Source: a virus
Taxonomy: Duplodnaviria > Caudoviricetes
Virus record (IMG/VR): IMGVR_UViG_3300020470_000013
Span: 1-53,252 of that record
Reading direction: 5' to 3' (one strand)
DNA length: 53,252 nucleotides
Shown: positions 1-10,216 of the stretch, piece by piece
How positions within the stretch are numbered: position 1 is the stretch's first letter
How the letters are laid out: each line of letters starts with the position of its first letter
Notes under the pieces: generated by a model
The model's database searches: none
Told to the model about the DNA's origin: nothing
What the model saw: only the letters and a program-made list of their open reading frames with translations
Program-made: the position numbers and the translations under genes

Positions 1-494
1 GCACATTCTGTTATTACTGCTGCACGATAGGTAGCTGTTGCGCTTGGTATTGCTACATCACGTTCGTATTTTCTAATTACCATCCAATCTGTTGAGGCTA
101 ATAGCTTGTTTGCTGTATCTTTGACTTGTGCAGTCATAGGAGTTTTTAAACCTTGGTTAATTTGTTTTTCACTACTATCAACCATCTCTTCTTTGTCAGC
201 ATCCCAAACCTGAACATATAGTTGATTACCGTCAGCATCTTTAGCGTCTTCGTCTTCCAAGCGTTTAGCAGTATTCGTATACTGTTGAGTAGGAACACCA
301 TCCACTAAAGCAATATCACCTTGAGTGACGTAATAATATTTTTCATCTTTTCGTTCACCTTGAACAATATCCATTACACCTTCAGCAGTTTTAAAGTCTG
401 TATTGGCTACACCACCTGCAAATGAGGTATTCGGGAATAATTGTTTTATGTTTCCTGTTGCGGTGATTGCACCGTCTTTAACTATTGCATACAT
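1..494 (-). CDS. Tail-fibre-associated (assembly/chaperone-like) protein, copy 1, truncated by window edge
   Basis: ATG at 494 (MYAIVKDG...), open to window start; near-identical paralogue of 52529..53134; follows a fibre gene. Confidence 0.7.
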   Translation of the reverse strand, partial: MYAIVKDGAITATGNIKQLFPNTSFAGGVANTDFKTAEGVMDIVQGERKDEKYYYVTQGDIALVDGVPTQQYTNTAKRLEDEDAKDADGNQLYVQVWDADKEEMVDSSEKQINQGLKTPMTAQVKDTANKLLASTDWMVIRKYERDVAIPSATATYRAAVITEC

Positions 495-497
495 TTG

Positions 498-3020
498 TTA
501 CCTCGCATTTGCGTATTTAAATGGAAATTCGGCAAAGGCCATATAGAAATAAGTGTTAGTAAAATTAATGCCGCCATTTGTTGCTCTGATTTTAAAACCG
601 TTTGATAAAAAATCTACACCACCACTACCGCTTATTGTGCTTTCAACGGTAGTAGCATTTACATATAAAACTTCAGTAGTTAAATTAATAGTATCTCTTG
701 TGGAGTCTAGCATCCACCACCATTCACCTGATCCATCAACATACTTAAAAACTATCCAAGCTGGGGTAAAGCCGGTATATACATACGGCCCATTTGTTGA
801 ATTGTTCGATTCATACATGCCAAATTTACTAAAACCTTCAACTTCTGCAAAGCAATAAGCAATAAAGTCATCACCGCTTCTGTTAGTATTAGTATCTGTT
901 CCTATACTAAACACAGAACTTGTTGGAGCAGTGTCATTCCAAGAAGTGTTATCGTCTGTAGACGCTCCATCCCAGTTAAATGCTAAATAATCCGTTGGAT
1001 CATTGCGTGAATAAACTCTCCAGTTATCATTTGTATCTCTATTTTTTATTATTATCAATGAAGGTGCTACACCAAGCCCATGACCAACTGTTGCATTACT
1101 GCCTGTGCCTTGATAAGTAGAAATACTAAACCCTGCTGTTGTATTTACACTGGTTGCTGTAGTGTTTATTGATCCATCTGTGTTTGCACTTCCAGAGCCG
1201 CCAGCCTTCCATGCCCAAGCAACCATATCGTCACCACTAGCATTAGTCCCATTATGGTTAGCATTAGAGCCTGTTCCAGCCCTTAACGAAAAACCATTAC
1301 TAAGAAAACCACCAACAGTTCCATAATCATCTACTAACTCAACTTGATTATTATCTGAATGTAAACTTCTAGTGCTTCCTCTTACAGAGTCTATTAATCT
1401 ATGCCAATATGTTGATTCTCTACTTTTAAGCCAGAGAAAATCGGGTTGAAAATTAAATGACGTAATATTTCTATTAGAATTATCACCTGTATAAAGAACT
1501 GTGTCAAAATGATCTGAAGATTTTTTAACTGCTGGCGTAGGTAGGTTTTTGGTGCATAACGCTTTAAACCCAGACGGTGGAGAGTAAAAGAAATTACCTA
1601 TCCCTGCTCCGTCTGCATTGCCTCCTGCTGTTTTGTAGCCACAAAAAGTGCCGTTTTGTCCAAAGTTAAAAATAATGTATGAGCGGTTTGTGTTTCCACT
1701 ATTAACGGTAGTAGTAGCATAAATTCCACTGTCTGAATCAAATGTATGTGCTGCACCGTTTGAACCAGCCGCAGGATCTCCAGAGTTCATCCATGTGATA
1801 CTTGATCCGTTGTCATATCCTCCCCAGAATTTATTATTGTCAATATCTATAGCTATAGCGCAAACATAGGAGGAGGCCGTTAATCCTGTGTCTGTATCTA
1901 TAGACGATCCTCCATCGTAAATTTCAGCTTGATCCCCAGAAATTTCCATAGTCATAGCGGTGCTACTGCTAAAAGTAGCTGGATTTTGAGTTTTATTTGG
2001 TATGAGTAATCCAGTTGGCCCTTGCTTGCTAACTCCTACTTGTGCCTGATTTCCTATTCCAGCTTGAATGCCTGACAACCATTCAAAATACCATTTGCCA
2101 GAAGTGGGCAATATAAAATTTATAAAATGATTACCATAGTTTCCACTACTGTAAGTAGCCGCTTTAATATTTAAATTTCCTTGAGCTAACGCAGATACAG
2201 TGGTGTTCCACGGCTCTAATGAATTTACTGTTGGAAAATTGTTAGTAGGAGTATCAAGCAAAACATCTTCATTTCCTAGATTGCTTGCAGTAAGATTGTT
2301 TCCCTCCCCAGAACTGTCTGTTCCAATCGCTCCTGATGCAAATTTTAAATAAAATCCATTTGTTCCATAGCTACCGCCTTCATATTCCTTGGGAATCCAT
2401 TGGCCTGTTACTGTATCTGTTTCTCCAAAATCTGAAGCCGCTTTAGCTGTTCCATCAATAAAATGATATTCGGCAAACTGAGCACTACCATAATAACCAT
2501 CTTGCGTTTGATTAATTGTATGTAAAACGGTGCTATTTACACTACCTTGATAGTTTAAACTAGGATAAGTAGTGTTTGTAACGGCTGAACATTGAACACC
2601 GTTACGAAATACTTTTATTCTATCAGTAGAAGTACTTTCAGTAGTATCAAAAATTATAACTATATGATACCACGCACTACGATCCTTTACAGCTGTAGCA
2701 AAAGTTACATAAGGGCCACTATAACCTCCTGCCCCATAATTATCTAAAAAATTAAGATTTCCATCAGTAATGAAATAAGGAAGGCCAGTGTAATAGGAAG
2801 TTGCGGAACCACCGGGAAAGCCATATAAGCCTATATAGTCATCCCCATAATCATTTAGTTTGATCCAAAAACTTTGCGTCCAAGTTCTTTGGTTTCCAGC
2901 ACTACCAGGTGTTATTTCTAAATGAGCATCATCTGTATTATCAAGCATAATAGACTGCTCTATTTCATAAACGTCTTTACTGCCCGATGCAGAAATAAGT
3001 TTTTGTGCGGCTCTACTCAT
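498..3020 (-). CDS. Tail fibre/receptor-binding protein with LamG (concanavalin A-like) and SPRY-like domains and a C-terminal beta-rich domain
   Basis: 840 aa; WTxSFWIK...WYHIV LamG-like motifs, SGKWYFE SPRY-like motif, FQPDFLWLKSR / GHGLGVAP repeats typical of marine phage tail proteins. Confidence 0.7.
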   Translation of the reverse strand: MSRAAQKLISASGSKDVYEIEQSIMLDNTDDAHLEITPGSAGNQRTWTQSFWIKLNDYGDDYIGLYGFPGGSATSYYTGLPYFITDGNLNFLDNYGAGGYSGPYVTFATAVKDRSAWYHIVIIFDTTESTSTDRIKVFRNGVQCSAVTNTTYPSLNYQGSVNSTVLHTINQTQDGYYGSAQFAEYHFIDGTAKAASDFGETDTVTGQWIPKEYEGGSYGTNGFYLKFASGAIGTDSSGEGNNLTASNLGNEDVLLDTPTNNFPTVNSLEPWNTTVSALAQGNLNIKAATYSSGNYGNHFINFILPTSGKWYFEWLSGIQAGIGNQAQVGVSKQGPTGLLIPNKTQNPATFSSSTAMTMEISGDQAEIYDGGSSIDTDTGLTASSYVCAIAIDIDNNKFWGGYDNGSSITWMNSGDPAAGSNGAAHTFDSDSGIYATTTVNSGNTNRSYIIFNFGQNGTFCGYKTAGGNADGAGIGNFFYSPPSGFKALCTKNLPTPAVKKSSDHFDTVLYTGDNSNRNITSFNFQPDFLWLKSRESTYWHRLIDSVRGSTRSLHSDNNQVELVDDYGTVGGFLSNGFSLRAGTGSNANHNGTNASGDDMVAWAWKAGGSGSANTDGSINTTATSVNTTAGFSISTYQGTGSNATVGHGLGVAPSLIIIKNRDTNDNWRVYSRNDPTDYLAFNWDGASTDDNTSWNDTAPTSSVFSIGTDTNTNRSGDDFIAYCFAEVEGFSKFGMYESNNSTNGPYVYTGFTPAWIVFKYVDGSGEWWWMLDSTRDTINLTTEVLYVNATTVESTISGSGGVDFLSNGFKIRATNGGINFTNTYFYMAFAEFPFKYANAR

Positions 3021-5576
3021 CTATTTTAAATCCTGACCTGCTGTAAATCCGTACCAAGTTGTTCCACCGTCTGAGGTAGCAAACACAAAGAAATCATCTG
3101 CTCCACTAGAGCTACTAATTGTTGGCGCAGTTCCGTCAGCCCAATCAACTGCACCCGGCCATGTAACTGTTCTGGCACTTGAGTCCTGTATCAAGTGTAG
3201 AATAAAAGAATATCCTGTGCCACTTGAAGGTGGATTAGAAAATGTAAAGGTAGTATTTTCTGTAAGTGTATGCTTGAAGTAATTACCGCTTTCACATGCT
3301 ATTGTTGTAGCATTTGAGGAGCTTGTTGGAGCTACATAAGTTTCATTGTATGATACTGCTCTAAGTTCTTGACTAATGATAACATCACCATTCGCATCGG
3401 CTGTAACAGCTTTAGACGCTTCACTTGTGCCTAATGTTGAAATGTCTAAGTAATTTAGTTCAGCCGTTGTTGCTGTAACACCGTCAAGAATATTTAATTC
3501 TGCTGTAGTTGATGTTACACCATCAAGAATATTTAATTCTGCTGTGGTTGATGTTACACCATCAAGAATATTTAATTCAGTTGCTGTAGATGTAACGCCA
3601 TCAAGTATATTCAATTCTGCTGCTGTGGATGTTATTGCTGTACCACCTATAGAAATTGCATCAGCTTCTACAGTTCCATCAAAGTATGCGTCTTTAAATT
3701 CTAAAGCATCTGTACCTAAATCAACAATAGCATTACTTCCGGGTGTCAAAGCTCCATCAGTCAATATTAATTGTTTTTCATTGCCAGCATAGAAGTTAAT
3801 AGTGTCAGCATCTTCAAAGTCAATCTTTGTTTGATCATCCTCACCAATCTTAATGTCAGTAGCTAATAAAGATGTTATAGTTGTTTGTGCTGCTCCAAGT
3901 GCAAAGTCTAAAGTATTATCAGCATCTTGATACGTAACAGTTATACCTGTTTCTGTATTAGAGCTAACCATTGCACCAACAGTATCAGATATAGTTTCTG
4001 CTAATGTTGCACCATCAATTGTAATAGCATCAGCTTCTAATGTTCCATCAATATCTACATCACCACTTATATCTAATGTAGCTGCGTCTAGTTCACCAGT
4101 AATCGTTAAGTTTCTTAAACCTGTATAATCTTTATTTGAATCTAGTATTACTGCTTTAGAAGCTATTGCAGTTCCAACTGCTGTTGAACCTAGATCAAGT
4201 GCATTTAGTTCTCCAACTACAGCCGTAATACCGTCTAAAACATTTAATTCGGCTGCTGTTGATGTTACACCATCAAGAATATTAAGTTCTGATGCAGTAG
4301 CCGTTACACCATCAAGAATATTAAGTTCTGCCGCAGTACTTGTAACTCCATCTAATATATTAAGTTCCGCTGCTGTTGATGTAATAGTTGTACCGCCAAT
4401 TGAAATAGCGTCTGCTTCTACTGTACCATCAAAATACGCATCTTTAAATTCTAACGCATCAGTTCCTAAATCTACAATAGCGTTACTGCCTGGTGTTAAT
4501 GCACCGTCTGTTAAGATTAACTGCTTTTCATTGCCAGCATAAAAGTTAATTGTATCTGCTGTTTCAAAATCTATTTTAGTCTCATCATCTTCACCGATCT
4601 TTATATCAGTTGCCAACAATGAAGTAATTGTTGTTTGAGCAGCACCTAATACAAAGTCTAATGTATTATCACCATCTTCATAAGTAACTGCAATACCTGT
4701 CTCTGTATTAGAACCAACCATTGCTCCAACAGTATCTGCTATGTATTCGTTTAAAGCTGTACCATCTACTGTAATTGCGTCAGCTTCTAATGTGCCGTCT
4801 ATATCTGCATCACCACTTACATCTAAACTACCTGCATCAAGTTCTCCAGTTAATGTAATATTTCTAAAACTTGCAACATCTTTATTTGCATCTGCTGTTA
4901 CAACTTTACTAGCAACTACAGTTCCTACAGATGAACCAGTATCACTATAGTTTAATTCTGTTGCAGTAGCTGTTACACCATCTAAAATATTTAATTCAGC
5001 AGCCGTAGACGTTACACCGTCTAAGATATTTAGTTCCGCAGCAGTAGATGTAACACCATCAAGAATGTTTAATTCAGCAGCAGTAGCTGTCACACCATCA
5101 AGTATGTTTAATTCTGAGGCAGTAGCGGTTACGCCATCCATTATATTTAATTCGGCAGCAGTTGCACTAATAGCTGTACCATTAAAGTTTATTGCGTCTG
5201 CATAAAGCGTACCATCAAAATAACCATCTTTAAATTCTAAAGAACTAGTTCCTAAATCAATATCATTATCTGTTACAGGAACTATAGCACCATCTTGAAT
5301 TCTTACTTGTTCTACGGCAGAACTAGAAACTTGTACAAAGAAACCCCAACGGTTATTTGTACTATCAACTGTAATTTTATTAAGAAAATCACCATCACCA
5401 ATTATTTCTATATTACCGCCTTCACCTGCTCCACCATCATGTTGGTGTCCTGTTGTACCAGATGCAGCATAAGAAAATGCATTTAATAATTGGTTAAATT
5501 CATTGTTGAACAAAGCAGCCGTTATAGTATCGCCATCTGACATACTACTTTGTCTTGTATAACTAGTCCCTGCCAT
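3021..5576 (-). CDS. Tail fibre protein with 13-aa ELNILDGVTxTAA repeats
   Basis: 851 aa; directly downstream of tail nozzle gene; three repeat blocks and a 250-aa internal duplication. Confidence 0.75.
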   Translation of the reverse strand: MAGTSYTRQSSMSDGDTITAALFNNEFNQLLNAFSYAASGTTGHQHDGGAGEGGNIEIIGDGDFLNKITVDSTNNRWGFFVQVSSSAVEQVRIQDGAIVPVTDNDIDLGTSSLEFKDGYFDGTLYADAINFNGTAISATAAELNIMDGVTATASELNILDGVTATAAELNILDGVTSTAAELNILDGVTSTAAELNILDGVTATATELNYSDTGSSVGTVVASKVVTADANKDVASFRNITLTGELDAGSLDVSGDADIDGTLEADAITVDGTALNEYIADTVGAMVGSNTETGIAVTYEDGDNTLDFVLGAAQTTITSLLATDIKIGEDDETKIDFETADTINFYAGNEKQLILTDGALTPGSNAIVDLGTDALEFKDAYFDGTVEADAISIGGTTITSTAAELNILDGVTSTAAELNILDGVTATASELNILDGVTSTAAELNVLDGITAVVGELNALDLGSTAVGTAIASKAVILDSNKDYTGLRNLTITGELDAATLDISGDVDIDGTLEADAITIDGATLAETISDTVGAMVSSNTETGITVTYQDADNTLDFALGAAQTTITSLLATDIKIGEDDQTKIDFEDADTINFYAGNEKQLILTDGALTPGSNAIVDLGTDALEFKDAYFDGTVEADAISIGGTAITSTAAELNILDGVTSTATELNILDGVTSTTAELNILDGVTSTTAELNILDGVTATTAELNYLDISTLGTSEASKAVTADANGDVIISQELRAVSYNETYVAPTSSSNATTIACESGNYFKHTLTENTTFTFSNPPSSGTGYSFILHLIQDSSARTVTWPGAVDWADGTAPTISSSSGADDFFVFATSDGGTTWYGFTAGQDLK
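3445..5160 (-). repeat. Three blocks of 39-bp (13-aa) tandem repeats, at about 3445-3630, 4195-4380 and 4948-5160
   Basis: Repeated ttaattc..gc.g..gt.ga.gt.acacc.tc.a..at units; translation ELNILDGVT(S/A)T(A/T)(A/T/S) x4-5 per block. Confidence 0.9.
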
Positions 5577-5579
5577 TAT

Positions 5580-7175
5580 TTATCTCCTACCTGAAGGTAC
5601 ATAATCTATATACATGCCATTTATAGAGTATGATGATTTTTGATCACTACTACGAATTCTAAAGTTTGCTGCGTGTCCACTACCTGTAATTGTTTTTCTT
5701 ACCATAGGATCTGTTGATCCTCCAAACTGTGACGTTCCAAATACACCACTACCAAATAAAGAAGGCAGTAAAATATTTGTTATATTTGTTTCTGTTGGTT
5801 GCGGTATATTATTATCTTCATAATCATACCTAACTCTAAACGAAGGTTCTACCGATCCTTCTGGAGTTATTGAAATCTTTGCGTACTTTAATGTTTTACG
5901 TGTTCCTGCATCACCAAAATCAAAATTCGGTGATTGATATTTAGCTTCAATATCTAAAGCTGAACCTCCTGAATAAAATGCATTACCTGAATCATGCGTA
6001 TAAATATAACCATCGTTATCGCCATGATATGCTTTTTCTACACCATCTGAATTAAAATCGGAAACTAACGCTGGAGCTTGAATACCTCTTGTTTCTGACC
6101 ATTGAAATCCATCTTGTGTTAATGTTCCTATTATACCTTTTGATGTTGCAACTGAAGCTGTAGAAGAAGAATAAAATAATCTATATTGAGCTTTACTTCT
6201 TAATACACAACTTGATATATTATATCCACTAATACTAGTTGCAATATCAGATATAATTGATTGTATTTGTCTACTAACAGATCCTAATTCAACGTCACCA
6301 ATTCGTGCTGTACCTGCAACGCTACGAATACCGTCTGGTGCTAAAAAGACTAGATCACCTCCTATTTCCTGTATGCTATAGTGACTTAAACATCCTACGT
6401 TTTTTGCTACTGGTGTAACTACAATTGTACTACTATTGTTTATGTTTGATAGTTTAAAGATACTGTTTGTACAAAAAATATATAATTCGTTTCGGAAACT
6501 TTTTAAACCAACAACCTGATCTTCAAGTTGTATTGTTCCTGATCCTGTAGATGTAAAATCATCTGGATCTAATGTACCACTATAATAAATGGTATTTGCT
6601 GTTGAACTTGCTCCACCTACAACAAAATGTTTGTCATGTATTACACCTACTGTTGGGGCTACTGTACTGCTTACTGTTACTTCTTTAGCAAAGAAAGTTC
6701 TGCCGCTTAATGCTCCTGAACCTGTCATTTTAAAATAAAAAGGTTTATTTGCTCCATCACATATGAAAACTTCTCCATATGTTGTATCACCTTCAAAAAT
6801 TGAAATTGAGCATTGTCCCTGTGCTGTTCGTGTTAAGGTAGATCTACCAGTAAAAGTAGAATAATTATCTCCACTTCCTGATACACTATCTCTATTTATT
6901 TGAAGATATGTATCGCCATCCAAAGTAAAATAAATGTTGGTTCCTGAACATACAATAATTCCATCACCATACACCGCTATTCCTAAAACTCTATTAGAAC
7001 TATTTGGTCTTGCATCACCAAATGCTACATAACCATTAACACGCCTATAGCCACCATCAGAATCTACTTCAAAGTTTCGTAGTTCTGTTGCTGCTCCAGG
7101 TGTACGTAATAACTCAAACTGGTTTAAGTTTGTATTTAATCCACCTTTACAACTAAATCCAAAAGCTTGAGACAT
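5580..7175 (-). CDS. Tail nozzle / DNA stabilisation protein (tail tubular B-like)
   Basis: 531 aa beta-propeller-like sequence (GGLNT N-terminus, VGCLS..SIQEIGGDLVFLAPDGIR); position after the adaptor gene. Confidence 0.7.
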   Translation of the reverse strand: MSQAFGFSCKGGLNTNLNQFELLRTPGAATELRNFEVDSDGGYRRVNGYVAFGDARPNSSNRVLGIAVYGDGIIVCSGTNIYFTLDGDTYLQINRDSVSGSGDNYSTFTGRSTLTRTAQGQCSISIFEGDTTYGEVFICDGANKPFYFKMTGSGALSGRTFFAKEVTVSSTVAPTVGVIHDKHFVVGGASSTANTIYYSGTLDPDDFTSTGSGTIQLEDQVVGLKSFRNELYIFCTNSIFKLSNINNSSTIVVTPVAKNVGCLSHYSIQEIGGDLVFLAPDGIRSVAGTARIGDVELGSVSRQIQSIISDIATSISGYNISSCVLRSKAQYRLFYSSSTASVATSKGIIGTLTQDGFQWSETRGIQAPALVSDFNSDGVEKAYHGDNDGYIYTHDSGNAFYSGGSALDIEAKYQSPNFDFGDAGTRKTLKYAKISITPEGSVEPSFRVRYDYEDNNIPQPTETNITNILLPSLFGSGVFGTSQFGGSTDPMVRKTITGSGHAANFRIRSSDQKSSYSINGMYIDYVPSGRR

Positions 7176-7942
7176 TAGAGGTATCGCATCCTATCGTCCT
7201 TCATATAATACGGAACAGGTTCTAATAAATTAGACTTCATTAGTTTTAGTCCACGCTTATAATCTTCTAACGCAAACGCTGCTGATTGTGGGCTTTCTTT
7301 AAATTGGTGAATATAATATCTAGCTCTTGCTAATAATACAGGCTTATATAAATCTGGAAAGACTGTTGCATCACCATGAGCATCAAGCTCAGTTGGTAAG
7401 TCATATGCATAAAACCATACACGATATACTTTATCAGGTATAGGACTTAATCCAAACTTACGTGCATCAGGGCTTCTAATAATTCTTCGTGGCTCTCCAC
7501 CATTAGCCGCATCAGCATCATCTTTGTTTTCAGATAATCTAAAGTTATCTTTCCATTCTTCTGTTGTAACAAAACGTAAGTTTTGTGCTACATATGGAGC
7601 CGATTCACCAGATACTCCTACAGTTGTTAATAAAAAATTATCCCAATCTACATATGAATAATCTGCTGTAATACTAGAACTAGATGCTTTTAATTCATAC
7701 CATCGAGTATTGGCTGTAGTTTCAACATATACATTACCGTACATTGGATCTGTAGCTCCGCTTTCACCTGTCGCTAAGAAAGGCCATTGTGGTTCTTCAT
7801 TAACAATATCTAAGTATGCTCTATTAATTGCATCTTTAGCGTGTTGTTGAATACCTACTGCATCACCAAAATTACTTGAAGTTAGAACAACTTCATTCAT
7901 TTCTCGCAATAATTCATTTGTTAGATTAAGATACGTAGCCAT
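7175..7942 (-). CDS. Head-tail adaptor (tail tubular A-like)
   Basis: 255 aa; MATYLNLTNELLRE...INRAY..I....WPF N-terminus, LSPIPDKVY motif; lies between capsid and nozzle genes. Confidence 0.7.
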   Translation of the reverse strand: MATYLNLTNELLREMNEVVLTSSNFGDAVGIQQHAKDAINRAYLDIVNEEPQWPFLATGESGATDPMYGNVYVETTANTRWYELKASSSSITADYSYVDWDNFLLTTVGVSGESAPYVAQNLRFVTTEEWKDNFRLSENKDDADAANGGEPRRIIRSPDARKFGLSPIPDKVYRVWFYAYDLPTELDAHGDATVFPDLYKPVLLARARYYIHQFKESPQSAAFALEDYKRGLKLMKSNLLEPVPYYMKDDRMRYL

Positions 7943-8121
7943 TAGTAGTCGTTATTATTTACTTTTGTATTTAATCCACCAGCTGATTTATCACAAGCTT
8001 CAGCCATTTTAGCAATAGAAACGTAGCCACCACTTTTCATACCGCTTCGTTCTTTAGCTTTTTTAGCTGCTGCTTTCCCTGCTTTTGTATAAGGATATTC
8101 CTTACCATCAACTACTGGCAT
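7942..8121 (-). CDS. Small basic virion-associated protein
   Basis: Likely start at 8121 (MPVVDGKEYPYTKAGKAAAKK) after AAGGAG SD; contains the RSGMKSGGYV motif. Confidence 0.6.
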   Translation of the reverse strand: MPVVDGKEYPYTKAGKAAAKKAKERSGMKSGGYVSIAKMAEACDKSAGGLNTKVNNNDY

Positions 8122-8272
8122 TTTTATTCTCCTTTCTAAATATACGATCATAATTGTCTTGATATTTTTTATGGGAGTCTTTATTATAAAACTTCCCTAT
8201 CATGCCAAGAACTTTCCCGGCACGTTTTCCTTTTATCATCATAGGTGATGATTCACTTCCAAGTTGGGGCAT
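8108..8272 (-). CDS. Hypothetical 54-aa protein (not in ORF track)
   Basis: MPQLGSESSPMMIKGKRAG...YQDNYDRIFRKENKNASS*; AAGGAAG SD; fills the gap after the capsid terminator. Confidence 0.55.
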   Translation of the reverse strand: MPQLGSESSPMMIKGKRAGKVLGMIGKFYNKDSHKKYQDNYDRIFRKENKNASS

Positions 8273-8285
8273 ATCTAACTTCCTT

Positions 8286-8314
8286 TAAAGTTTGGGGGCC
8301 ATGAAGACCCCCAA
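8286..8314 (-). terminator. Putative intrinsic terminator/attenuator after major capsid gene
   Basis: Minus strand TTGGGGGTC-TTCAT-GGCCCCCAA stem followed by a short ACTTT tract. Confidence 0.55.
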
Positions 8315-8325
8315 GTTGCTATAGC

Positions 8326-9315
8326 TTAGTCTATACCGTAGAAAGCGGAAACCAATGCTTCGCCACGTAGTACTTTAGCTCCATAAACATGGAGTCCTCG
8401 TACTATGTCACCAAAGCTATCGGGATCACGAATTACTTCCGTGCTAGTAATAGTCTGTGCTGTTGCAGTTGCAGACATGTGACCAGCAATACACTTACCA
8501 GCCGCATTGGAGGTAGATGCAATGTTGTTAGTCTTGTACATGTCGAAACCACGCAACTTGCCAGAAGATACTAGTCCATTACGGATAGATCCTTGACCAG
8601 CGTTATAGTCTACTGACAATACCTTAGATGAACTTTGTACTAGCTGCTCATAAAACTCAGGATTAGCTAGGAACCATCGTCCCTCTTCAGGTACATTTTG
8701 CTCGTCCAACAATCTTGACATGTGGGACAATACATCAATAGGATCGTGTTCGCCAGATGCGAAACCAATATCCAAGTTACCAGTTCCATCAAAAGTTCCA
8801 GCCGCAAGATCAGTTGCGTTATCTGAACCTAAAACATGGTTAGGACTTGAAGAAGACACACCACTAAACATAGTAGCAATTACACCTTCGTCAAATGCGT
8901 CACGCAATGCGTAAGCAGCTGAAGATGATGCAACTTCCTTGAAGTTTACGTGTGACATTGCAGTTTCAATGTCATCTACGATGAACTTAAAGGCGTTTGC
9001 TGTATCAACGATCAAGGTTACTTCTTGGTCGGTGAGTTTAGTTTGTGTGACATCTGCGCCACGCTCGTACTGATAAACGGTGATTGTAGGCTCTTTGATG
9101 ATCTTTACAGAATCTCCAAATTGCGTAATTTCACCAGCATAGTCAGTATTAGTAATTGCTTCTGCGACAGACGACTTACGGAAGAAGTTAAGTACCTTCT
9201 TACTGTAGACGGCTGGCATCCAGAATGCATTCGTTTGACCTGATACGGAATTACCAAAGTTACCATTTGTATCCGTACTTTGTTCAAACAGTTGGTCTGA
9301 TTGATTATAAGCCAT
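8326..9315 (-). CDS. Major capsid protein (HK97 fold, P22-coat-like)
   Basis: 329 aa; TNTDYAGEI..FGDSVKIIKEPTITV, VPEEGRW, DIVRGLHVYGAKVLR motifs; follows scaffold. Confidence 0.9.
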   Translation of the reverse strand: MAYNQSDQLFEQSTDTNGNFGNSVSGQTNAFWMPAVYSKKVLNFFRKSSVAEAITNTDYAGEITQFGDSVKIIKEPTITVYQYERGADVTQTKLTDQEVTLIVDTANAFKFIVDDIETAMSHVNFKEVASSSAAYALRDAFDEGVIATMFSGVSSSSPNHVLGSDNATDLAAGTFDGTGNLDIGFASGEHDPIDVLSHMSRLLDEQNVPEEGRWFLANPEFYEQLVQSSSKVLSVDYNAGQGSIRNGLVSSGKLRGFDMYKTNNIASTSNAAGKCIAGHMSATATAQTITSTEVIRDPDSFGDIVRGLHVYGAKVLRGEALVSAFYGID

Positions 9316-9347
9316 TGTTAAGCTCCTTTACTTTCGTTAGACAATAA

Positions 9348-10202
9348 TTATCGCACTCTGCCTTCACGAATTGCTAGATCAATTTCCTTTTCAAACCGAT
9401 CATAGTCATCCATAGACATAGATGCAATTTCCCTTTGTGTCCAGATTTTAGCTTGATTTGGTTCAACACCTGTTGTTTTGGTTGAAACCATGTCTGCTGC
9501 TCCTGAACGTGAAGTTTGTGATCTGGCTGATTTTTTAGGAGTTGTATTTCCAATAGCTATATTATTTTCTAACTTATATAAATCAATTGCACGACTTGCT
9601 AAAGACGCATTATCAGGATTGTTATATATCCAGTTTTGTATATCTTCAGGCTGGGTTTTAGCCCAAGTATGAAAATTATCATCACCTCTTATATCTTCAA
9701 AATCAGGATGCCTAGCTTTTAATTCTGCTTCTGCATCTCTTTTAGATATAGTTGCTTCACGTTCTTCTAAAGCTTGAATCTTAGATTGAAGTTCTTTAAC
9801 TTTATCTTCACTTCTAAAATGAGCAACAGTTTCGACAGTTTCATATAAGTCTGGATATTCTGTTTTAAACTTTTCAAGATCTTCTGCACTTTTTGGCGGC
9901 TGATATTGAGGATATGCTTTTTCCGCTTCTGCACGTAGTTCTTGTTCTCGTTGTTTAAACTCAGATAACTTATTATCATAATGTTTCTTTAAATCATCAT
10001 ACCTTTTTTTATAATTAGTACGAGTTTTCTTCTCTTGTTGAGGGGTTCCGTCTTCATCTTCGGAAGTAGCCTCTTGAGTTGGTTTCTCAAAAAATAATGA
10101 ATCTGCATTTTGCGTTGTCTCTGGGCCTGGTTTATCATGCCAAGATTTTTTTGCATTATACGGATTTGCTTGTGGTTCTTCTACTTCTTGTTCATTAGCC
10201 AT
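9348..10202 (-). CDS. Capsid scaffolding protein
   Basis: Start probably 10202 (MANEQ) after AAGGAGAG; acidic N-terminus, YKKRYDDLK coiled coil, C-terminal AIREGRVR; directly upstream of MCP. Confidence 0.8.
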   Translation of the reverse strand: MANEQEVEEPQANPYNAKKSWHDKPGPETTQNADSLFFEKPTQEATSEDEDGTPQQEKKTRTNYKKRYDDLKKHYDNKLSEFKQREQELRAEAEKAYPQYQPPKSAEDLEKFKTEYPDLYETVETVAHFRSEDKVKELQSKIQALEEREATISKRDAEAELKARHPDFEDIRGDDNFHTWAKTQPEDIQNWIYNNPDNASLASRAIDLYKLENNIAIGNTTPKKSARSQTSRSGAADMVSTKTTGVEPNQAKIWTQREIASMSMDDYDRFEKEIDLAIREGRVR

Positions 10203-10216
10203 GTCACTCTCCTTTT

